Positions 35,531 through 42,489 of a DNA stretch of 42,489 nt are shown one piece after another. Below the pieces are notes generated by a model that had not been told where the DNA came from, ran no database searches, and saw nothing but the letters and a program-made list of their open reading frames with translations. Each line of letters starts with the position of its first letter. Position 1 is the first letter of the stretch. Source of the stretch: a bacterium (GTDB lineage Bacteria > Patescibacteriota > Minisyncoccia > Phycocordibacterales > UBA9973); NCBI GenBank assembly GCA_037127795.1, contig JBAXXQ010000001.1, positions 471,198 through 513,686 on the forward strand, read 5' to 3'. The position numbers and the translations under genes are program-made.

Positions 35531-37792
35531 TCACCTTTTTAAATACTCTCCTTTTTTTCTACCAAAAACCTCATTGAATGTTTTTGAATAAACTCTTTGG
35601 AAGTCAACAGTATAAGGCCAAACAATAAATTTATTATCTTTTCTTGCTTTATCATATTCTTTTCCAGAAAAACTTTTTCCTTTGAAATGATCAAGTACTT
35701 TTTGATATAAATCTTTTTCTGATAAATATTCAATTTTGACGAGCTTTCCCTTATTGAAAAAGAATTCAGCAAAAGTTTTTGAATAAAGCCTTGAGAACAT
35801 ATCTTCATAAGGCCAAGAATAAAAATTATTTTCTTTCCTTACTTTTTCATACTGCGAACCGGTAAATTTCTCGTCTTTAAGATAAATTGCGACTTCTTTT
35901 CTAAGTTGCTCTTCTGATAGATAAGTAATCTGACGTTTTTGTTTTATACCAAAAAATATTTCCTTAAAATTTTTAGAGTAAGTATTATAGAGAAAACCAG
36001 AAGAAGGCCATCTAAAAAAAAATTTATCACGTTTTATTTTATCGTAATCTTTAATACTGAAACTTATTTTTCCTAAATGCCTAAAAACTTCTTTTTTAAG
36101 TTTTTTTTCTGATAAGAAGTTGTTAACCTTTCTTCCTGTAAAAAGTTCCCCAAATGTTTTTGAATAAACTCTTGGAAATTCAGTAGATCTTGCCCAAAAA
36201 ATAAAACTGTTATCTTTTTTTGCCTTATCATACTCTTTTTGTGTAAAAGATTTTCCGTTAAAATATTTACAAGTTTCTTTTTTAAGTTGTTCTTTAGATA
36301 AATAAGTTGTCTTATTATTTTTTTTCTTACCAAAGAATAATTCTTTAAAAGTTTTTGAATAAATTCTTGGAAATTCAGAATAATCAGGCCACTTATTAGA
36401 AAATAATAACTTTTTTACTTTCGTGTATTCACTTATAGTTAGTTTTTTTCCAATAAAATACCCCAGTACCTCTTTTTTAAACACTTCTTCACTAGACCAA
36501 ACCCTATATAAACGAGAATTCTTTTCTATCGCTTTCGCGATTTCGATCACCTCCAACTCTTCTGTGGAGAATTCAATATCGAATTCTTTTCCAGAAACAG
36601 TCAAAATAGATCTGTCTAGGACGCCAAGGTTTAGCTTAGAGCGAGTAATTTCAATAGATTGTGCAAGACTACTTACCATAACAAGCCTTTCAGCATTTGC
36701 TACAAAATCAAGCACTAAAGCAATTTTACCTTCTTGTAAACGCAAAACTCTTCCTAGTTGTTGGAAAAATACTCTTTTAGAATCAGTACAACGTAAGAAC
36801 ACTCCAATTTGCACATTAGGCACATCAATATCTTCGTTTAGCTTGTTCACCGAAACCAAAAATTGAATTTCGTTTTCGCGGAACTTTTTCATAAAAGTTT
36901 GATTGTGACCGCGTGATTTTTGGGAATGTATAACACCTGCACTTTTTCCATCAGCAATAATTTGATGATATACCCTATCTGCATGTATGATATTCTCGCA
37001 ATAAATTAATGTTTGCTTTGAAATATCAGTGCATGCATACGAATAAATTTCATCAAAAGTTTCTCTATCCAATGAGTCAATAAATAAATTTTCATTTATT
37101 TGCTTCATTGAAATATTTTTTCTTTCTGCAACAACATATTGAAACATTTGTTTCAATTGTTTTCTGTTTAAACCAGAAGACTTCACAAGATATTTCACTT
37201 GCGACATCCATCCGTTAATCATAGCTTCTTCAAAAGATATTTCATAGATAACTTTTTCAAAAATCTCTAGGATATCTTTTTCATCTTCCCTGTCAGGAGT
37301 TGCTGTCATGCCTATTTTAGGAGCATTGAAATAATCAATAACTTCTTTGTAGGTTACTGCTTGTCCGTGATGTGCTTCGTTTACGATAATAAATTTAAAA
37401 TGATCCTCGTTAAAGTAGTTGTACCATTTTTCATGGTGGTTGTTCATACTTTGATACGAGGCAAATACTATATCAGCTCGTTCAGGATCAGTATCTTTAT
37501 CATCGCCAAAAAAACTTGCGCAGATAATACGTTCGTCTGCAAAGATTTGTTCAAATTTTTCGCGCGCTTGGTCTAATCCCTCATTTTCATTGTAGAGATA
37601 TAGTCCTTTCATGTGATATATTTGAATACAATCCCTTGCGATAAACGCAGCCTCAGTACTTTTACCCGTACTGGTGGGCTGGATGATTAATCCATTTTCA
37701 CCAGCCAAGATATTCTCGATAGCAATATCAACAATAGGTTGCTGATATTCACGAGGTACTTTTGGCACTTCTTGAATTAGTAATTCTTTCAT
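35531..37792 (-). CDS. SF2 (DExH/ResIII-like) helicase with five C-terminal ~63 aa repeats
   Basis: QPTSTGKS, VNEAHH, GMTATPDRED, LNEDIDVP, QQLGRVLR; repeats YLSxxxLxKxV...Y.K.....WP....F.R.YSKTF.E.F.G. Promoter TTGACT-17-TATAAT at 37888..37860. Confidence 0.9.
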   Translation of the reverse strand: MKELLIQEVPKVPREYQQPIVDIAIENILAGENGLIIQPTSTGKSTEAAFIARDCIQIYHMKGLYLYNENEGLDQAREKFEQIFADERIICASFFGDDKDTDPERADIVFASYQSMNNHHEKWYNYFNEDHFKFIIVNEAHHGQAVTYKEVIDYFNAPKIGMTATPDREDEKDILEIFEKVIYEISFEEAMINGWMSQVKYLVKSSGLNRKQLKQMFQYVVAERKNISMKQINENLFIDSLDRETFDEIYSYACTDISKQTLIYCENIIHADRVYHQIIADGKSAGVIHSQKSRGHNQTFMKKFRENEIQFLVSVNKLNEDIDVPNVQIGVFLRCTDSKRVFFQQLGRVLRLQEGKIALVLDFVANAERLVMVSSLAQSIEITRSKLNLGVLDRSILTVSGKEFDIEFSTEELEVIEIAKAIEKNSRLYRVWSSEEVFKKEVLGYFIGKKLTISEYTKVKKLLFSNKWPDYSEFPRIYSKTFKELFFGKKKNNKTTYLSKEQLKKETCKYFNGKSFTQKEYDKAKKDNSFIFWARSTEFPRVYSKTFGELFTGRKVNNFLSEKKLKKEVFRHLGKISFSIKDYDKIKRDKFFFRWPSSGFLYNTYSKNFKEIFFGIKQKRQITYLSEEQLRKEVAIYLKDEKFTGSQYEKVRKENNFYSWPYEDMFSRLYSKTFAEFFFNKGKLVKIEYLSEKDLYQKVLDHFKGKSFSGKEYDKARKDNKFIVWPYTVDFQRVYSKTFNEVFGRKKGEYLKR

Positions 37793-37883
37793 TTTATTAT
37801 GTTTTGAAAGGACAAATAGGCAATATCGCCAATATTTTTAATATAATGTAATTTGTTATATTATATACATATTTTGCATAAAA

Positions 37884-37910
37884 GTCAAGTACCATATCTA
37901 CGCAATATAT
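37884..37910. repeat. Cassette junction copy C (27 bp perfect direct repeat)
   Basis: GTCAAGTACCATATCTACGCAATATAT, also at 35452..35478. Confidence 0.95.
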
Positions 37911-37929
37911 GCTATATTTTGCAAGCCTA

Positions 37930-38020
37930 AATCAGCCAGCCTCTACCGAGGTTTTGGCCTGGTAAAAGCAGAATTATTCAGGTTAATAAGGGGGTAAGAC
38001 AACTTCCCTCTGCTACAGAT
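37930..38020 (+). promoter_or_regulatory. Structured rpsB 5' leader (possible S2 autoregulatory element)
   Basis: Hairpin CCAG-CCTC-TACC-GAGG-TTTTGG and GCAGA...TCTGC pairing just before the rpsB start. Confidence 0.5.
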
Positions 38021-38025
38021 AAAAT

Positions 38026-38700
38026 ATGAAAAAAGAAATATCTCTTACAAACCTCATGGAGGCGGGTGTTCACTATGGATACTCACGTACTCGAAGACAC
38101 CCTTCAGTATCTCCATTCGTATACGGAACAAAAAATGGTACAGACATTATCGATCTCGAAAAGACTGTACCTCAAATCCAAAATGCAGCAGCATTTTTGG
38201 AAACACTTGCAGCAAATGGTAAAACAATCCTTATTGTAGGCGTAAAACCAGAAGCACAAGAGATCACTCGTGAAATGGCAGCAAAACTTCACCAACCATA
38301 CGTTACAGAACGTTGGATCGGAGGAATGCTTACAAACTTCACAGAAATCAAGCGTCGTATCCAAAAACTCGAAGATATGCGTGAAAAGCGTGTAAATGGA
38401 GATTTTGAAAAATACACAAAGAAAGAACAAATCCTTCTTACTCGTGAAATGGCACGTCTCGACAAATACTTTGCTGGTATGGTAGGTATGCACAAAATGC
38501 CAGAAGCAGTGCTTGTTATCGACCCTAAGAAAGAACACATTGCAGTAACAGAAGCACACAAGCTTTCTATTCCTGTAATCACTATCGGTAGTACAGACTG
38601 TTCTGTACGTAATATCGCCTACCCTATCGTTGCAAACGATAGTGCGACATCAAGTATCGGTGCAATCATTACTATCCTTACAGAAGCTTTCAAAGCGTAG
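38026..38700 (+). CDS. rpsB: 30S ribosomal protein S2
   Basis: LMEAGVHYG, IIDLEKT, ERWIGGMLTNF, IVANDSA. Confidence 0.98.
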   Translation: MKKEISLTNLMEAGVHYGYSRTRRHPSVSPFVYGTKNGTDIIDLEKTVPQIQNAAAFLETLAANGKTILIVGVKPEAQEITREMAAKLHQPYVTERWIGGMLTNFTEIKRRIQKLEDMREKRVNGDFEKYTKKEQILLTREMARLDKYFAGMVGMHKMPEAVLVIDPKKEHIAVTEAHKLSIPVITIGSTDCSVRNIAYPIVANDSATSSIGAIITILTEAFKA

Positions 38701-38739
38701 TATACTTAAACCCTAACATTATTAGTTTTTCAAAAAAAT

Positions 38740-39516
38740 ATGATTACCACAGAACAAGTAAAAGAATTGCGAGATAAAACAAGTGTATCTGTAATGCAAT
38801 GCCGCAAGGCACTCGAAGAAGCAGGTGGCGATATGGAAAAAGCACTTATCCTTTTGCAAAAGAAAGGAAGTGAAATCGCTGAAAAGAAATCTGATCGTGA
38901 AGCAGCTGATGGTATCGTAGTTATAAAGCAAGATGATGCACGTGCATTGGTTTTGACACTCAACTGCGAAACAGACTTCGTTGCACACAATGACGACTTT
39001 ATAACTCTCGCACACAAACTCCTCGAAACAGCTTGGGCAAACGGCGCAGATGCAGCACGTGAGCAAGCTCCTGCACTTATCAGTGATGTAGTTCTCAAGA
39101 TTGGAGAAAATATCCAACTTGGTCTTATTGAAGAAATCACTGGCGGTACTATCGGTACATATACTCACCACACAGGCAAAAACGCATGTGTAGTAGTACT
39201 CAAGGGTGGCGATGCAGAAGTTGCAAAAAACATTGCTATGCACACTGCAGCAATGAAACCTCTCTACCTCTCAGCAGACCAAGTAGATGATCATGCACGT
39301 GCACAAGCACTTGATATTATCCAAAAGGAAGTTGGCGACAGCGACAAACCAGAAGAAATCAAAGCAAAAATGCTCGAAGGGAAAATTGCTTCATTCTTTA
39401 AAGAACAAACACTCCTCGATCAGCCTTTCTTCAAATCTCCTGATCAAACAATCGCACAATACGCAAAAGCACATGGTGCTGAAGTAGTAAGTTACAAATT
39501 GTTCATCATTGGATAA
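38740..39516 (+). CDS. tsf: Elongation factor Ts
   Basis: VKELRDKTSVSVMQCRKAL, LNCETDFVA, IGENI, LLDQPF. Confidence 0.98.
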   Translation: MITTEQVKELRDKTSVSVMQCRKALEEAGGDMEKALILLQKKGSEIAEKKSDREAADGIVVIKQDDARALVLTLNCETDFVAHNDDFITLAHKLLETAWANGADAAREQAPALISDVVLKIGENIQLGLIEEITGGTIGTYTHHTGKNACVVVLKGGDAEVAKNIAMHTAAMKPLYLSADQVDDHARAQALDIIQKEVGDSDKPEEIKAKMLEGKIASFFKEQTLLDQPFFKSPDQTIAQYAKAHGAEVVSYKLFIIG

Positions 39517-39530
39517 ATAATAAAACTATT

Positions 39531-39562
39531 AAAAAATCCCCAGAGAAATCTGGGGATTTTTT
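39531..39562. terminator. Bidirectional terminator between tsf and tRNA-Thr
   Basis: AAAAAATCCCCAGA-GAAA-TCTGGGGATTTTTT. Confidence 0.92.
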
Positions 39563-39565
39563 AAT

Positions 39566-39641
39566 TGGAGCCGCTTCTCAGACTTGAACTGAGGACCTTC
39601 GCTTTACAAAAGCGTTGCTCTACCAACTGAGCTAAAGCGGC
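39566..39641 (-). tRNA. tRNA-Thr (TGT)
   Basis: 76 nt cloverleaf GCCGCTTTAGCTCAGTTGGTAGAGC...TTTGTAA...TTCAAGT...GCGGCTCCA with encoded CCA. Confidence 0.97.
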
Positions 39642-39732
39642 ATTTTATTTAAATTTCAAAACTGATTACTTATTTTGTTACGTCGTGTCGTATCTACCAA
39701 AACAGCTAAAACAGTAATTCATTTTGGTGCAC

Positions 39733-39990
39733 CTATTCTAGCACACCCTTACGTTTTTTGGCAACCCTTTTATGCTCCGATATTTTATGGAGAAAAAACG
39801 AGCTCGGGCCATGTTTTAGCCCTGTCATTTTATCCCTTTTTTTAAAGGCATGTAGGGCGTTTGGGAATAAAAAGTAAAAGAATCTAACAACATAGCGCCA
39901 TACAAAAAGTAGCCCTCGTGTAGAATAAAAGCCTATTATATGGCTATATTTACGATAAAAAAGCTTACTTTTTTGTAGTGTCTTTTCCAT
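39733..39990 (-). CDS. Small basic hypothetical protein
   Basis: 85 aa ORF 3 nt after the previous stop, same strand. Confidence 0.6.
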   Translation of the reverse strand: MEKTLQKSKLFYRKYSHIIGFYSTRGLLFVWRYVVRFFYFLFPNALHAFKKRDKMTGLKHGPSSFFLHKISEHKRVAKKRKGVLE

Positions 39991-39993
39991 ATA

Positions 39994-40659
39994 TTATTTC
40001 TTCCCTGTATTACTAGTAGCTGTTATTTGAGGAAACAAAGGCTCTATATCTTCCATTTTTTGGAATCCAGTAAGCGTCTTCCCTTCTACGACGAGCGCTG
40101 GGAGTACTGTGCCATCTATTTTGTAAATCCCTCGCAATGCTTTGATAGTAGAAAGATCGAGAGAATTGTCAAAAGAATATACTCGAAGTAGTGGATACTT
40201 TTGACGAAGCGCGTCGAGGACAAACCCTTCTTTTTCACAATCAGTACAGGTCTTGTCATTACCATAAAAATACAAGATAGAGATAAATTTTTTACCACAC
40301 GCACTACTCATTCTTTTGGTCAAAAGAAAATCTTTTATTTCCAAGATAGTATATTGTTTTTTCATCAACGTTATATCGTCTGGATTTCCTACATTTTGCT
40401 CACTATAATTGAGTTTCTCTGCGAGACTTCCTATTTCATTTGAGAGCTCGGTATTGTCTATTTCTTCACACGATGCAGTTTGCTCAAGGAGAGAATATTG
40501 TGTCTCAGATGCCAACACATCTACAGATACTTTGTTTTGGATAGATTGCAATTCTGCAAATTTCTTTTGACTTGCATAATTACTCAAAAACCATGAACCG
40601 CCAAATATGCCACAAGTTAAAAGAAGGACTATAAGATATTTTTGTGTATTAGTTGTCAT
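39994..40659 (-). CDS. Membrane-anchored thioredoxin-like (CxxC) protein
   Basis: N-terminal TM; ILYFYGNDKTCTDC...LRVYSFD...LPALVVEG thioredoxin-fold pattern. Confidence 0.7.
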   Translation of the reverse strand: MTTNTQKYLIVLLLTCGIFGGSWFLSNYASQKKFAELQSIQNKVSVDVLASETQYSLLEQTASCEEIDNTELSNEIGSLAEKLNYSEQNVGNPDDITLMKKQYTILEIKDFLLTKRMSSACGKKFISILYFYGNDKTCTDCEKEGFVLDALRQKYPLLRVYSFDNSLDLSTIKALRGIYKIDGTVLPALVVEGKTLTGFQKMEDIEPLFPQITATSNTGKK

Positions 40660-40663
40660 ACTA

Positions 40664-41908
40664 TTATCTCCATGATGGCTTCTTAGCTGCTACTACATTG
40701 TACACTGCACGTATGAGCCAAAATGGTGCAATAATACTATAAATGATCATGTATGGAATAACATATTTACTAAACACTGTTTTTTCCTGGGCAAGCTTTT
40801 GTCCATTTATTATAGCAAAGAACAAAAAGCCATAGAGAAGTATCCCTACAATAGTGATAATACGAGTATTCAAAAAGAATGGATCAAAATGAAAACTGTG
40901 CGCAGTAATATGAAATCCTGCAGCCTGGATTTGCAAAATCCATTTGTATATACCGTGTAGTGTCTGGTATATAAAAAGTCCAAAAATATAAATAGCGGTC
41001 AAAATAGAGATAACTCCAGCAGGGACAGTAAACAATGCAAAATTACCATATTCCCCTTTGAATATATACTTTCTATAATCAATAACATTTTGCAAGAAGC
41101 CGTATGTCCAGCGGAGACGTTGCTTGTAGAGCTTGTATGCACTATCTGGTGGTACAGTATACACTTGTGCCATATAGCAGTGATCTATACGCATATGGTT
41201 GACCTGCATACGAAAAGCGATCTCAGCGTCTTCTGTATTGTGCGCCTTGCGAAACCCTCCAATACGGTCGAACACTTCTCTTTTGAATACAGAAAACGGC
41301 CCAGGGGTAACATGGATAGCATCTAGAAATGCGAGCATGCGCTTGTTGTACAAACTCATATTATACTCAACCTTTTGGATTGATTGCATGATATTTTTTG
41401 GACTTGCAATGATAATAGAAGGAGCAACTGCCATTACTTCTGGATCTTTTTCAAAGGTATACATAATACGCTTCAATGCATCTACTGCAACAAAAGAGTC
41501 TGCGTCGAGACAACTAATAAAGTCTGATTGTGTGTGCTCAATACCATAGTTCACTGCGGTATGCTTTCCCCCATTTTCTTTTTGGAAAATTTTTATTTGT
41601 GGATGATCTTTGTAATGCAAAATTTCTTCCCAAGTAGTATCTGTTGATCCGTCATCGACAAGCACCAATTGCAATTTGTCTTTTGGATAATCAAGCGCGA
41701 GCAAACTCTCTACTGTCCCATGTACTGTTTTCTCTTCATTCCAACAAGGTACGATAACAGCGACAGATGGAAATGCTGTCAAAACAGGCTCTTCAGAAGA
41801 AAGTTCTTTGAGGTCTTTGCGACGTTCAAAAAAGGTCCACAAGAAGAAAAGTTGTACATATAACGCAAAAAATACAATAGTATACGTAACAATTTCAGCT
41901 GTGGTCAT
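40664..41908 (-). CDS. Processive GT2 glycosyltransferase (PgaC/IcaA/cellulose-synthase-like)
   Basis: IVPCWNEE, VDDGS, LDADS, TED, QRLRW; TMs at both ends. Confidence 0.93.
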   Translation of the reverse strand: MTTAEIVTYTIVFFALYVQLFFLWTFFERRKDLKELSSEEPVLTAFPSVAVIVPCWNEEKTVHGTVESLLALDYPKDKLQLVLVDDGSTDTTWEEILHYKDHPQIKIFQKENGGKHTAVNYGIEHTQSDFISCLDADSFVAVDALKRIMYTFEKDPEVMAVAPSIIIASPKNIMQSIQKVEYNMSLYNKRMLAFLDAIHVTPGPFSVFKREVFDRIGGFRKAHNTEDAEIAFRMQVNHMRIDHCYMAQVYTVPPDSAYKLYKQRLRWTYGFLQNVIDYRKYIFKGEYGNFALFTVPAGVISILTAIYIFGLFIYQTLHGIYKWILQIQAAGFHITAHSFHFDPFFLNTRIITIVGILLYGFLFFAIINGQKLAQEKTVFSKYVIPYMIIYSIIAPFWLIRAVYNVVAAKKPSWR

Positions 41909-41971
41909 AGAACTCTACTTTATCACAAAAGAGGTCTTTTTTCAACCATACAAGTGCGCTATACTATACCC

Positions 41972-42489
41972 ATGGAACCACAAAATATAGATCAACAAAA
42001 CAACAATTCTGGTCCAACACAACCAGCAAAAACGCCAGTTATCACCATGCCGGTGGCAATTATCGTTGCAGGATTCCTTATTGCAGCAGCAGTAATGTTT
42101 TCAAACAACAATAGTGCAACAAAAGTAGTGGCAGATAAAGTAAAAGCACAACCACAAGCAGAAGCGCCTCAAGCGGTAACTAGTGTCCCAGCTGATGTAG
42201 CAAAAGTTCGCCCCAATGATGTTATCCGTGGTAATAAAAATGCTGAAGTTGTTATCATTGAATACAGTGATAGTGATTGTCCATTTTGCCGACGCTTCCA
42301 CCCTACTATGCAATCAATCGTAAAAGATTATAATGGCAAAGTAGCATGGGTATATAGAACATTCCCTCTTTCAATTCATCCAAATGCAGAGCCAGAAGCA
42401 ATTGCACTCACTTGTACGGCAAAGCTTGGTGGTAATGATTCATTCTGGAAATATCTCGATGCATTAGAAAATCTCGAACCTGCACAAAA
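41972..42489 (+). CDS. DsbA/BdbD-family thiol-disulfide oxidoreductase (partial, runs off window end)
   Basis: Translated by hand from ATG 41972: TM (MPVAIIVAGFLIAAAVMF), then RGNKNAEVVIIEYSDSDCPFCRRFHPTM...VAWVYRTFPLSIHPNA. Confidence 0.92.
   Translation, partial: MEPQNIDQQNNNSGPTQPAKTPVITMPVAIIVAGFLIAAAVMFSNNNSATKVVADKVKAQPQAEAPQAVTSVPADVAKVRPNDVIRGNKNAEVVIIEYSDSDCPFCRRFHPTMQSIVKDYNGKVAWVYRTFPLSIHPNAEPEAIALTCTAKLGGNDSFWKYLDALENLEPAQ

Noticed and set aside
34959-37910. Classical integron
   Set aside because: No tyrosine recombinase and no attC RYYYAAC...GTTRRRY inverted core; kept only as an analogy.

Overview
AT-rich bacterial chromosomal window in genetic code 11 (TGA is used as a stop). 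Gene content and style suggest CPR/Patescibacteria, probably Parcubacteria-like; this is an inference, not a database result. Housekeeping blocks: dut; proS-mreB-mreC-(mreD-like)-pbp2-greA-mraZ-rsmH-ftsL-ftsI; rpsB-tsf; tRNA-Glu(CTC); tRNA-Thr(TGT); an ECF sigma/anti-sigma operon with a MacAB-like exporter; a P1B-5-type ATPase; a GT2 glycosyltransferase; a partial DsbA. Three accessory regions stand out. (1) A secreted beta-helix + LCAT-like lipase gene is followed by five very AT-rich 3-TM paralogues; three of them share an identical 38-45 bp 5' DNA block. This resembles an effector plus immunity array. (2) An island after tRNA-Glu starts with a ~210 bp multi-hairpin element bounded by a 13 bp direct repeat, then continues with self-contained promoter-ORF-terminator units. 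(3) Between proS and rpsB, three cassettes are stacked at homologous junctions, including a perfect 27 bp direct repeat. They carry a repeat-tailed SF2 helicase with an NEAH Walker B, a stand-alone RNA polymerase alpha-CTD homologue and a small membrane protein. No recombinase is present in the window. A complete IS481-like element has a 6 bp target duplication and non-canonical CG termini. All family assignments come from motif recognition by eye; no searches were run.
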